A stretch of DNA of 64,000 nt, from assembly GCA_963664405.1 (NCBI GenBank), contig OY761158.1:2656001-2720000 (forward strand), in the 5' to 3' direction. The notes beneath the pieces were generated by a model, which ran no database searches, had not been told where the DNA came from, and saw nothing but the letters and a program-made list of their open reading frames with translations. How positions within the stretch are numbered: the stretch's first letter is position 1; each line of letters begins with the position of its first letter. A program made the position numbers and the translations under genes. The DNA comes from Thermoanaerobaculia bacterium. GTDB lineage: Bacteria > Acidobacteriota > Thermoanaerobaculia > Multivoradales > Multivoraceae. Of the stretch, positions 20,831 through 30,609 are shown piece by piece.

Positions 20831-22712
20831 GTCGAGTAGGGCGGGGGAATCTCACCCCCACCCCCTCACAGAACCGGACGTGAATGTCTCCACTCATCCG
20901 GCTCTTACCATCCAGCCTTCGCCTGAGACGACATGAAGCGCCAATGCGCAAAGAGATGTGGATCCCGGTCACGGACTTTCCGCACCCACTGATCCGATCT
21001 CCTTCGATGTCTCCGCAGACGTTTGTATTTCGCCCTCGCCCAGCGAGCCAGATGACGATCAAGATGGCAAAGGGACGGATAGAGCGCCGACTTGTAGTAC
21101 CGACCGTAGTAGTTGATCCAGCCCTGGACGATCGGATTGAACATCCGAGCCAGGTCGTCCACTTGCTTGTCGATCCGACAGTCGAGACGCCAGCCCCGAA
21201 TGGTCTGACGCATCGCTTTACCCGCCGCGTTGCTCACGCCGGGACTGAAGTTGACGAAGTACTTACCCCAGCGATTCTTCGATCGCCGAGCACGAAACGT
21301 GTAGCCCAAGAAGTCAAACTTCTCGTTCTCGTACGTCCCCCGTCGGTCGTCATCCTTGCAGTAGACGATCTTCGTCTTGCGCGGATGCAGCTCAAGCCCA
21401 CATGCCGCAAAGCGACCCGCGAGCTCCTGCTTCAGTCTCTGCGCTTGCTCCGCCGTTCGGCAATGGCAGATCGCATCGTCAGCAAACCTCTCGAACGGAA
21501 TGTCCGAGTGGTGACGCGCCATCCACCGGTCGAACGCATAGTGCAAGAAGAGGTTCGCCAGCAGTGGTGAAACCACCGACCCCTGGGGAGTCCCCCTCTC
21601 CCGAGACTCAAGAGTGCCATCCTTCAACTGAACGGGGGCACGGAGCCACCGCCCAATGTAGAGCAGCACCCAACGGCAATCCGTGTGGTAACGCACCGCC
21701 CGCAGCAGAAGATCGTGATCGATCGCGTCGAAAAAACCTTTGACATCGAGATCCAAAACCCAGTCGTAGCGCCAGCATCGCTGCCGCGCCACACCCAACG
21801 CACCAAGCGCTGATTTCCCGGGCCGGTACCCGTAGGAGTCTGGGTGGAAGTGTGTCTCCACCTCGGCCTCCAGGATCCTCTTCACGACCGTTTGCGCGAT
21901 CCGATCCGCCACGGTTGGCACACCCAGGGGACGCGTTCCACCGCCGGGCTTCGGGATCTCTACCCGCTTGACCGGCGGCGGCATGTAGCTCCCTGATGAC
22001 AGCCGATTCCACAGCTTGTACAGATTGTCTCTCAGACGCTCCTCGAAAGCTGCCAACGACTGCCCATCCACGCCTGCCGCGCCTCGGTTTGCCTTTACCC
22101 GCTTGTACGCCTCCCAAACCCACCGCTTGGGAATGCGAAAGGGCTTTGCCTTCGCCAAAGACTCCTCCCGTTGCCGGTTGGCCTCCGGACCCGGCTGGTT
22201 GGTGCCGCGCCTTCGCTCCGGCCCCATTACAGGACCTTCCTCACTACTACGCGCGACTCCGCCCCTGTGCCCCGCATCGGTACTCTCTTCCTCATGGGTC
22301 GACCACTTGGAATTCTCCCTTCGCATCGGGACGACAGGTTCCCACGTTCCACACGAGAGCCTGCATCGAGGTCACGCCGCCTTGCTGCCGGACGCCGCCT
22401 GGGCTGTAGGCAGGTAACACCCAGACTCCTCCCGGAGTAACGACTCCCTCCGGTTTTGACGTCGTCCCTACGCTTTCGACAGGTCATCGACGGTTCGCTT
22501 GCGCTCGTCTCCTCGATCCACACCTGACGGAATCTTGTCCCGCCTTTTCCAGCGACGCTCACCACCCGGGCTCTTGACCCGCGCAGCTCGTGGCGGTTTG
22601 AAGCCTGCACCTGCATGCCGGCTCCGAGGGGCCCACCCTCATCTCTCGTGTAGCAAGGCTGCTCTAGAACACCCAATTACATGAGTACTCCTTTCGCGCC
22701 GTCGTGGCGCAC
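20831..22712 (-). mobile_element. Group II intron B inserted after the FADD codons of the intron A RT
   Basis: 5' GTGCG at 22712; domain V GAGCCGGATGAGTGGAGACATTCACGTCCGGTTC; 3' ctactcgac at 20831. Confidence 0.92.
20905..22326 (-). CDS. ltrA: Intron B RT/maturase (resembles class D, RmInt1-like); true start may be near 22157
   Basis: VWEAYKRVKANRGAAGVDG, GTPQGSVVSPLLAN, RFADD, FDFLGY, GWINYY; no endonuclease domain. Confidence 0.92.
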   Translation of the reverse strand: MRRENSKWSTHEEESTDAGHRGGVARSSEEGPVMGPERRRGTNQPGPEANRQREESLAKAKPFRIPKRWVWEAYKRVKANRGAAGVDGQSLAAFEERLRDNLYKLWNRLSSGSYMPPPVKRVEIPKPGGGTRPLGVPTVADRIAQTVVKRILEAEVETHFHPDSYGYRPGKSALGALGVARQRCWRYDWVLDLDVKGFFDAIDHDLLLRAVRYHTDCRWVLLYIGRWLRAPVQLKDGTLESRERGTPQGSVVSPLLANLFLHYAFDRWMARHHSDIPFERFADDAICHCRTAEQAQRLKQELAGRFAACGLELHPRKTKIVYCKDDDRRGTYENEKFDFLGYTFRARRSKNRWGKYFVNFSPGVSNAAGKAMRQTIRGWRLDCRIDKQVDDLARMFNPIVQGWINYYGRYYKSALYPSLCHLDRHLARWARAKYKRLRRHRRRSDQWVRKVRDRDPHLFAHWRFMSSQAKAGW

Positions 22713-23565
22713 AGTCGTCAGCAAAGCGCACGATGGACACTCGTCCTCGCGCGTGTCGCCTACGCCACTGATGGACCCACAGATCCAGCACGTAGTGCAG
22801 AAAGACGTTCCCCAGCAACGGACTAATGCCCGCCCCCTGGGGCGTTCCCCTCGTCGTCTCTGTCCACTCCTTCTCCTCCACAACGCCGGCCCGTAGCCAC
22901 CCACGGATCAACCGCAGGATCCTCCGGTCGGCGATCCGATGCGCAAGCATCCGAAGCAACCACTCGTGGTCTACCGAGTCGAAAAAGCTCCGTATGTCCG
23001 CGTCCAGTACCCAGTTCACGTTCTGCGACATCACCGCCGTGTGAAACGCCTTCAGAGCATGGTGCGGGCTGCGGCCTGGCCGAAACCCGTACGAGAAGCC
23101 CAGAAAGTCCGCCTCGTACACCGCACTCAGCACCTCGGCCACCGCTCCCTGGACGATCTTGTCCTCCAGAGCCGGCACACCGAGAGGCCTTGATCCACCC
23201 TCCACCTTCGGTATCCACACCCGCCGTACCGGGCAGGCCCGGTATCGACCTCGATGGATCCGAGAGTGCAGTTCCTCGAGCTTGCGCTCCAGATCCTGCT
23301 CGTACTCTGAGACCGTCACTCCATCCACGCCCGCCGCCGCTTGGCGGCGAAGGCGACGAAATGACCGCTCCAAGGCTTCGGGTGTTACGTGATGCAACAG
23401 CGCCGTAAACCCCGCCCTGCGATCCCTCTTCGCTGCCTTGTTCACCCGAGTGAGACGATGCCTCCAGGCTACCCGGCTCTGCGTCCGGACTTGGGACCTC
23501 TCACCCGGAATCCCTTCGAGCTGGCCGCTTCCCTCCACGCGTCTCGTTTCCTTCGACGGTTTCAT
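22713..23565 (-). CDS. Intron A RT/maturase, exon 1
   Basis: FTALLHHV, RPLGVPALEDKIVQ, GTPQGAGISPLLGN, IVRFADD. Confidence 0.88.
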
Positions 23566-23569
23566 CAGT

Positions 23570-25602
23570 GTCGGGTCGGAGGAGGCGCCCGCGGTTACCC
23601 GCAGGCTGGCCTCCGTCCGCCGCTCAAACCGGACGTGCAGATTTCCCGCATCCGGCTTTCACGAAGACGCCCCCTTGGGGGAAGAATCGATGGAAGGAAT
23701 CAGACCGACAAGGTTCACCAAGCCCATCTCGCCGTACAGCGTGGCCTTGGGCAGGCTGTCCCACCCTTTACAGCGCCAGCGCTTGTGACGGTGCGACCAG
23801 AGGCGCCGCACCACCCATGGGTCGAGCTGGTGAAAGAGCCGTCGGACGTGGGCACGTTTGTAGTAGTGCCCCCATCCACGCAGGACCGGATTCAGCTGTT
23901 CGATCAGCTGCTCGGTGGTAACCGGTGCCTTCCGCCGCGTCCGACCGCGAATCTGCTGCTTGAAGTGCTGGATCGACTTCTGAGTCGGGTAGGCATACAG
24001 GGCGCCCGAAAGGGCACCGCTGCGGATCTTCGCCCGCGGCAGCCGAAGCTGCTTGCCGAGCTTGATCTTGTACCCGAGAAACTCGAAACCATGCTTCACG
24101 TGCACGATCCGCGTCTTCTGCGGATTGATGGAGACACCGAGCCGCTCCAAGATCCTCGTCGCCACAGCCAAGGCTTTACGAGCCTCAGCCGCGGTCGAAG
24201 AAGTGAGGACCCAGTCGTCGGCATACCGCGTGAGTCGAAACCCTCTGCGTCGCATCTCCTGATCAAAAGGAGTCAGAAGAATGTTGCTCAGCAAGGGCGA
24301 TACGACCCCGCCCTGCGGAGTCCCACGCTCAGTCGGAAACAGGCGACCCTCCGCGAAGCTCCCGGCCTCGAGTACGGAGCGCAAAAGCCTCAGCACCCGA
24401 CCGTCGGAAACCCGTTGGCTCACGAGCATCAACAGCTTCTCGTGGTCCACGCTCCCGAAGAAATCCCTCAGGTCCGCGTCCACGATCCACTCCTTGCCCG
24501 ATTGGATCTCCTTCCAAACCTTGCGCAGAGCCCCGTGTTGGGATCGCCCTCGACGGTATCCGAAGCTGGCAGCATCGAATACCGGCTCGAAGATCGGCTC
24601 CAACCGGTTCAGCATCGCTTGCTGGCAGACACGGTCATAGACCGTGGGGATGCCCAACGTGCGGTACTTCCCCGGCTGGCCCGCCTTCGGGATCCGCTTC
24701 TGCCTCACGGGTTGCGGTCGGTACTCATCACGACACAGCTCCTCGTGAAGTCTGTCGAGGTGCTCAGAGAGCCCCTCGGAGAACTCCTCGATGCTCTGGC
24801 CGTCGATGCCGCCCGCGCCCCGATTGGACTTGACGCGTTCCCAGGCGATCTCCAGGTTCTTGCGCTTGTACACCTTGTCGATCAGAGAGTGAATCTTCCT
24901 CTCTCCCGACGGGTTGATCCAGTCAGCCAGTCTCCTCGGCTGTCGATGTTCGGGTTTTTCACTCATGGAACTATCCAGCCTCGACCGCCTTACTCGCTCG
25001 CCTTCCTTCTCTCCCCTACCGTCTTCGCCGGCCGCCTTCCCCAGCTCACACAGCTGCCGCTCCTCGCGGTCACACGGCTTTCACCGCGCTTGAAGTACTA
25101 CTCGACCGTCCGACTGCTCGCCGCGCATCCCTTCCCACTTCGCTTGCGCTTATAGGGTCCGTTACCGCGGTGCCACCCGCAGACACGACGAGCTCTCCCA
25201 GGGTCACACGCTGATCTTCCGTACCGTGCCGTCCGCAAACACCTTGGTGCGGTGGGTGGATGAAAAATGCCTTCGCCTCCATACTGCAGGCTCGACCTTG
25301 TCCCACCTTTGGCCGACCGGTTCGTCTTCGGGGTGGCCCCCATCGACTACGGCCCGGTACTTCTCCGCAAGCCCTTCGGATCCCACCTCGCGGTGGACAC
25401 CCTGCCCTCCGAAGTCTCACGAGAGCTGGCTCCAGGTCACCCTTGGCTGTTTCCGGGTTTCCCCTTCGTGCCCGTTTAGAGCTCTCCATACCTGTCTCCC
25501 ACTTCGGCCAGCGAGGCATTACCCCCGCTTTTGGATACGACGCCCCTCATCCGAGCGCCGGAGGGACTCAAACCCTCCCGATCAACGCGCTGCCTGGCGC
25601 GC
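23570..25602 (-). mobile_element. Group II intron C inserted in the ribozyme part of intron A
   Basis: Domain V AAGCCGGATGCGGGAAATCTGCACGTCCGGTTT; 3' gacccgac at 23570; 5' GCGCG at 25602 (or GTGCG at 25604). Confidence 0.85.
23659..24966 (-). CDS. ltrA: Intron C RT/maturase
   Basis: HSLIDKVY, GTPQGGVVSPLLSN, TRYADDW, FEFLGY, LRGWGHYY. Confidence 0.93.
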   Translation of the reverse strand: MSEKPEHRQPRRLADWINPSGERKIHSLIDKVYKRKNLEIAWERVKSNRGAGGIDGQSIEEFSEGLSEHLDRLHEELCRDEYRPQPVRQKRIPKAGQPGKYRTLGIPTVYDRVCQQAMLNRLEPIFEPVFDAASFGYRRGRSQHGALRKVWKEIQSGKEWIVDADLRDFFGSVDHEKLLMLVSQRVSDGRVLRLLRSVLEAGSFAEGRLFPTERGTPQGGVVSPLLSNILLTPFDQEMRRRGFRLTRYADDWVLTSSTAAEARKALAVATRILERLGVSINPQKTRIVHVKHGFEFLGYKIKLGKQLRLPRAKIRSGALSGALYAYPTQKSIQHFKQQIRGRTRRKAPVTTEQLIEQLNPVLRGWGHYYKRAHVRRLFHQLDPWVVRRLWSHRHKRWRCKGWDSLPKATLYGEMGLVNLVGLIPSIDSSPKGASS

Positions 25603-26065
25603 ACTATCAGCCAGTCCGACTCCCGACCTCAGCTCAGCGCCGCGCTGTGGTTCTCCCTCGCGCGACGCCCCCGACGGGGACCAGCCCGTCGGACCCGGTC
25701 GGGTCTCCTGGGTTCCGATGACGACCTTTCGTACGTGACACAGGCCACGACCCCGGTGGAGCGACACCGCCTCGCGCTAGCGGCGATGCACATGCTGCCT
25801 TCATGCTCACGAAAACACTCGGCCTCCACGACTTCGCTTTCTTTCGGGGCTGACTCCCTGCACCCTGCACGACTCCTGTCTACGCTTCGAACACGACGTT
25901 ACCGGCGCGCCCGCAAGACTCGGTTCTCACCTGCCCGCTACGGCTTTGGTGAAAGAGGACTTGCACCTCCATGTCATACATCAGCTTTGCCCAGCACACT
26001 CGTGGTCCGCCAGAAACTACGACACACCGGCGGCGTTCCCACGCCCACGCAGCGAGCAAGGCCAG

Positions 26066-26761
26066 CTACGGAGAACCGCCCTTCACTAGGACCAACAGCT
26101 TGTCGTTCTTCCAGCCGCCTGCGAGCTCAGGGTGCTCGGGGAGCACGAAGGCGGCGAAGTCGAGAGCGAGCGGCTCGAGCGCTGCTTCGAAGATCTCCTC
26201 TGGTTGGCTCTCGAACACGTCCTCGACGATCAGCGCCCCGCCGTCTGGGAGGAAGGGGAATATGACGCGCACCTGGTCCTCCGGTTGGTGGGTCGAGTCA
26301 TCGATCACGATGTCGAATCGGCCCTCGGCGGTCCGAAAGGCAGACTCAATGCTCGCAGCACTTCGCACATCGATCGACAGGTAGCGAACACCTGCCAGGC
26401 CGAGCGCTTCGCTTAATGCGATGTGCCTAGCGTTCGCATCGAACCCGATCAGATCTGCGTTGGGGAAGTAGGCGCGGAGCATCTGGATACCAGCACCCGC
26501 TTCGATTCCGATCTCGGCGATGTGGATCCTCTCTAGTCGCCGGGTCGCAAAGAGCAATTCGTATACGGGTGTGTAGGCGTGCCGGTGGGGGGCGGGTTGG
26601 CCCGAGCGCACGAAGGTGTTGAGTACGCTCTTGTCGGTCCCAAACGCACCGCCGAGGCGACAGAGCTCCCCCTCGAAGCCACTGGAATCGATCCTGAGTC
26701 GCGGGATCGTCAAGGATCTCCAGCCCTTACACTCCCGGATAGGCGCGTCGGCTTTGACCAA
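26066..26761 (-). CDS. Class I SAM-dependent methyltransferase-like protein (start uncertain)
   Basis: GTDK...HAYTPVYE, IAEIGI, LIGFD, FDIVIDDSTH. Confidence 0.7.
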   Translation of the reverse strand: MVKADAPIRECKGWRSLTIPRLRIDSSGFEGELCRLGGAFGTDKSVLNTFVRSGQPAPHRHAYTPVYELLFATRRLERIHIAEIGIEAGAGIQMLRAYFPNADLIGFDANARHIALSEALGLAGVRYLSIDVRSAASIESAFRTAEGRFDIVIDDSTHQPEDQVRVIFPFLPDGGALIVEDVFESQPEEIFEAALEPLALDFAAFVLPEHPELAGGWKNDKLLVLVKGGSP

Positions 26762-27011
26762 GTGGAGGGGGCGGGAGATCAGCCGTCAGCATGACGGAGT
26801 CTGCCCTGGAGCTCGACAAAAGCGCACCCATGCCCCCTCCACCCAAGGAGGAGACCACCTCATGGTGGCCGGGCTTCGTGCCTGCTTCTAACGCCATTGA
26901 ATGGCCGCCATTGTATCGGTTGCCTAGCCGAGGCTATTCAGAGCCGAGAAATCGGGTGTCGCCTTCCACCCGCTATGTGAAGTTTCACATAGGTGGTGCA
27001 TCGCGACAGGC

Positions 27012-27848
27012 TCAATTCGACCCCTGCACCTCCACGTTCGAGAGCTTCACGGTCGAGAGCAGCTCCATGTTCTCGGCGACGAAGTCCGACGTCAGCTGGA
27101 GGACCGAGAAGCCCTGCCCGTCGATCGCGTAGTTCTCCTGATCCGTGAAGAGCACACCGCCAACCCGCTGCGACCCGCTGACCTTGCGCAGGCGAAGGCC
27201 GTTCGTGAAGTCGTACCCGAACATCGCCATCTCGCCGGTCTCCGGATCGAACCAGTACATGTATTGGTCGTCGGCGTCCGTCGACGTGCCCGGCTCGAAG
27301 CTCACTCGAACCTTGTGTAGCTCTTTGCCCTCCCAGATGTCGAGCCCGAGATCCTCCCGGTAGACCTCAGCGCCATTGATCCCATACGGCAGGAAGGGGA
27401 AGTAGACCCTGGCGTTCACGAAATTGCGGGCCCGCTGCGCCGTCTCCTCGTCGAGCTCGAACGGTTCACCATTGTCCCAACGCTCCACCGATGTGTTCGT
27501 GTAGTGGACCTTGCGCTCGACCTGGTCGCGGCCGACCTTTCCCGTCACGGTGTAGTCGAACTCGCCGCTGTTCCTCGTCACGAGGAGGTCGAAACTTCCC
27601 GACCGCGACGTCACCGTTAGAGCCGTCCTTGAGGCCTCGTAGATGTCGCCGCCGTGGAATTCGATGGCTCGGTCGACGATAGGCAAGCTTGTGGGCTTTT
27701 CAGCTCCCGATGCCGGGACCGGTGACGCGACGTCGGCCCCTCCCTGTTCTCCCTTCTCGGCCTCTGGCAAAGCATCCGAGCAGCCCATCCCCAGCGCCAG
27801 AACGAGACCGCCAAGCGGGATGAGAAAGGTCGGTTGTTTGAGCTTCAT
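27012..27848 (-). CDS. Lipoprotein of unknown function
   Basis: Lipobox LALGMG-C; IVDRAIEFHGG and YFPFLPY; GGAGG RBS. Confidence 0.75.
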   Translation of the reverse strand: MKLKQPTFLIPLGGLVLALGMGCSDALPEAEKGEQGGADVASPVPASGAEKPTSLPIVDRAIEFHGGDIYEASRTALTVTSRSGSFDLLVTRNSGEFDYTVTGKVGRDQVERKVHYTNTSVERWDNGEPFELDEETAQRARNFVNARVYFPFLPYGINGAEVYREDLGLDIWEGKELHKVRVSFEPGTSTDADDQYMYWFDPETGEMAMFGYDFTNGLRLRKVSGSQRVGGVLFTDQENYAIDGQGFSVLQLTSDFVAENMELLSTVKLSNVEVQGSN

Positions 27849-28231
27849 TCTCTGGCCTCCCTCTGGCATCGGATCACGAGATCATCGCTTGTCGCAAATG
27901 TGAATCCATTCCTCTACGCGCTCGCGTGCCCGAGCGAGCATCTCTGTGCTGATGTCGACACCGACGAACACACCCTCTCTGGACCAACGGTCTCGGCAGC
28001 CCGCAGGGCAATTGGAGTGATCGTGCTGTCGTGAAATCTGGCGGTTTGCGACAGACGCCGCTCCCACCAGCAAGCGGCTCATTGCATTAGCCACGGCGGT
28101 AAGATCCCGCTCAACATGCGACCGGCGGAAGCCATCTCGGCGACCTCCCGGACAGAACGTAAGTGTGACACTAGACACCGAAGAGGATCGCGTCCACGGC
28201 TCGATTCTCTTCGTAAATCATTGAGGCTAAG

Positions 28232-28307
28232 TGGTAGGCCGTGAGGGGATCGAACCCCCGACCCGCGGATTAAAAGTCCGCCGCTCTACCAACTGAGCTA
28301 ACGGCCC
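28232..28307 (-). tRNA. tRNA-Lys(TTT)
   Basis: GGGCCGTTAGCTCAGTTGGTAGAGCGGCGGACTTTTAATCCGCGG...GGTTCGATCCC...ACCA. Confidence 0.97.
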
Positions 28308-28351
28308 CTCTGCAGTATAACTATCTCGCCAGTGGGCTGAAACTCCGGTGC

Positions 28352-29638
28352 CTATTGCAGCAGCGGGTGCCCTTTGAGCACGGTTTCTTCTCGCCTCGGT
28401 CCCGTCGAGATCAAGCCCGCCTCGGCTCCAACGAAGGTCTCGATATAGCGCACATAGTCCTTGGCCGCATCGGGCAGGGACTCGTAGGTGACCAGGCCTT
28501 CGGTCTTCTGCCCCCAGCCAGACAACACCTCCAAAATAGGCTCGACCTCATCGAGGGTGGCGGTGTCGGCGGGGAAGTCCACCACTTCCTTGCCGTTGAT
28601 CAGGTAGCCGACACAGACCGGGATCTCGTCGAGAGAGTCGAGTACATCAAGTTTGGTCAGGGCGATCGCTCCAACGCCGTTGACTCGGCGGGCGTAGCGA
28701 GCAGCGACCAGATCCAGCCAGCCACAACGCCGCGGACGACCCGTGGTGGTGCCGTATTCGTTTCCGCGCTCGCGGATCTTCTCCGCCGAACTGCCTTCGA
28801 GCTCGCTGGGAAACGGGCCTTCGCCAACCCGGGTGGTGTAGGCCTTGAGCACCCCAACCACCCCTTCGATCGAAGTGGGTGGCACCCCGCTTCCGGTGGC
28901 GGCGAAGCCCGCGGTGGTGTTGGAGCTGGTAACAAAGGGGTAGGTCCCATGGTCTACGTCGAGCAAAGCTCCCTGGGCGCCTTCGAAAAGTACCCGGCGG
29001 CCTTCGTCGAGCCAGTCGTTGAGCAGACGCGAGCCATCGCAAGCGTAGGGCTCGAGTCGACGGCGCCACTCTCCCGCCGCTGCGACGGTCGTGCTGAGAA
29101 GCCTTTCTCGCTCCGCCGGGTCGGAGATCTCCGGCCCCTGCCGCGATACCGAAGCCCTCAGGCGATCCTCCCAATTCTCACTCATGAGATCGCACAGCCG
29201 GAAGCCTGAGCGCGCCACCTTCGCTTCATAGGCGGGTCCGATCCCTCGCGAAGTGGTGCCGATCTTGTCTTTGCCCAGGGCCTTTTCGCGCGATCCATCC
29301 AACGCAACATGAATGTCGAGCAGCAACTGCGCTCGATCCGAGATGAAGAGCCGATCACGAGTCACGACATCCGCCTGCTCCAACTCGTCGACCTCGTCGA
29401 GGAAGGCCGGCGGATGAATGACCATGCCGTTGCCGAGAACGCAGACCGTCTCCGCACTGAGGATTCCGGACGGGATCAGATGCAGAGCGAAGTGGCGATC
29501 GCCGAACTTCACTGTGTGACCGGCATTGTGGCCACCTTGATAGCGAACTACGCCGTCGAAGTTCGGCGAGATCAGGTCTACGACCTTCCCCTTCCCCTCA
29601 TCTCCCCACTGCATGCCGACGACTACAACCCCGCTCAT
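28352..29638 (-). CDS. purA: Adenylosuccinate synthetase
   Basis: GMQWGDEGKGK, GGHNAGHT, EYGTTTGRPRRCGW, TKLDVL. Confidence 0.98.
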   Translation of the reverse strand: MSGVVVVGMQWGDEGKGKVVDLISPNFDGVVRYQGGHNAGHTVKFGDRHFALHLIPSGILSAETVCVLGNGMVIHPPAFLDEVDELEQADVVTRDRLFISDRAQLLLDIHVALDGSREKALGKDKIGTTSRGIGPAYEAKVARSGFRLCDLMSENWEDRLRASVSRQGPEISDPAERERLLSTTVAAAGEWRRRLEPYACDGSRLLNDWLDEGRRVLFEGAQGALLDVDHGTYPFVTSSNTTAGFAATGSGVPPTSIEGVVGVLKAYTTRVGEGPFPSELEGSSAEKIRERGNEYGTTTGRPRRCGWLDLVAARYARRVNGVGAIALTKLDVLDSLDEIPVCVGYLINGKEVVDFPADTATLDEVEPILEVLSGWGQKTEGLVTYESLPDAAKDYVRYIETFVGAEAGLISTGPRREETVLKGHPLLQ

Positions 29639-29783
29639 TCTGGCTCCTCTCGCAACAAAGCAGCAAACAGTAACACAGCCATCCAACCCCTCGATCGTGG
29701 TCAAGCGAGCCCCGTCTCCGGATGCTGTCGAGATGCTCGACCCCGCCTCTGAACTACCCTCGGACTGCTAAGATGAGAACTCG

Positions 29784-30608
29784 ATGGAGTCCCTCCTCGA
29801 CGCTGCGGTCATCTTGCTGCCAATCGCCTACCTACTGGTAGCGGTGGACTATGGATTCCTGTTCTTCGCCGGCCGCTCGCTGGCTCCTAGAAGCGCGAGC
29901 TTCGGGCTGCGAGGAACCCTTATTCTTCACATCGTCTACCTGGGTTTGCTCACCGCCCACTGGAAGCAGTTCCCGGCCGCAACGGTGCCCCAGGCTCTCT
30001 CGATCGTGGCCTTTGCCATCATTACCGTCTACGCCCTCGTCGAATGGTTCGGCAAGGAGCGCTCGACCGGCTTCTGGATGGTGTCTCTCGCCTTCGTCTT
30101 CACTCTGATCGCTTCCCTGATGTCGGGGGGGCCTCCAGAAGATCGGGAGCTGTTCCACAATCCCTTCTTTTTTGGTCATGCCTCACTTGCACTCCTCGGC
30201 TATGCCGCATTTGCCGTCGCGGCGAGCTACGGCTTTCTCTTTCTTCGCCTCTACCGCGAGCTCAAAGCGGGCCGCTTCTCGCTCTTCTTTGGCAAGCTTC
30301 CACCTCTCGAGGTCCTCGAGCGCATGATGTCCGGTGCCTTGATGGTCGGCTTTGTCGCCCTGACCGGAGCAGTCTGCACCGGCTTCATCTGGGCCCGGGA
30401 CGTGCTCCCAGGGCAATGGCTGAGCGACTCGAAGATCATCGCCACGCTACTCACCTGGGGCCTCTACGCTGCAGCCCTGGTGCTTCGACGTTTGCGTCGC
30501 TGGCAGGGCCGAGAGATGGCTATAGTCAGCCTTGCCGGCTTTGCCGCCGTTTTGTTCTCCTTCTTTGCGGTAAACCTCTGGTTCTCGGACTTTCACTCCT
30601 TTCGCTGA
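29784..30608 (+). CDS. ccsA: Cytochrome c assembly family (CcsA/HemX-like) membrane protein
   Basis: Multiple TM helices, LPPLEVLE, TGFIWA, W..D.K; upstream of hemA. Confidence 0.8.
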   Translation: MESLLDAAVILLPIAYLLVAVDYGFLFFAGRSLAPRSASFGLRGTLILHIVYLGLLTAHWKQFPAATVPQALSIVAFAIITVYALVEWFGKERSTGFWMVSLAFVFTLIASLMSGGPPEDRELFHNPFFFGHASLALLGYAAFAVAASYGFLFLRLYRELKAGRFSLFFGKLPPLEVLERMMSGALMVGFVALTGAVCTGFIWARDVLPGQWLSDSKIIATLLTWGLYAAALVLRRLRRWQGREMAIVSLAGFAAVLFSFFAVNLWFSDFHSFR

Positions 30609-30609
30609 G

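Larger units (their letters stand above)
20190..25999 (-). mobile_element. Group II intron A (outer intron), containing introns B and C
   Basis: 5' GTGTGCTGGGCAAAG at 25999; domain V GAGCCGTGTGAGGGAAATCTTCGAGCACGGATC near 20227-20257; ends actcgac at 20190. Confidence 0.8.

Noticed and set aside
23389-25155. 588-aa plus-strand ORF, and similar long ORFs at 42668-44149, 62074-63252 and 49054-50049
   Set aside because: Antisense shadows of well-supported genes in GC-rich DNA, with no motifs of their own.
20190-25999. Multiple RTs as a retron, DGR or defence RT system
   Set aside because: Each RT has its own domain V/VI and intron boundaries, so they are group II introns.
26770-28050. Similar peptides REISRQHD and RQISRQHD on opposite strands around the lipoprotein gene
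   Set aside because: The match is short, DNA identity is poor and both ORFs are unconvincing; probably chance.
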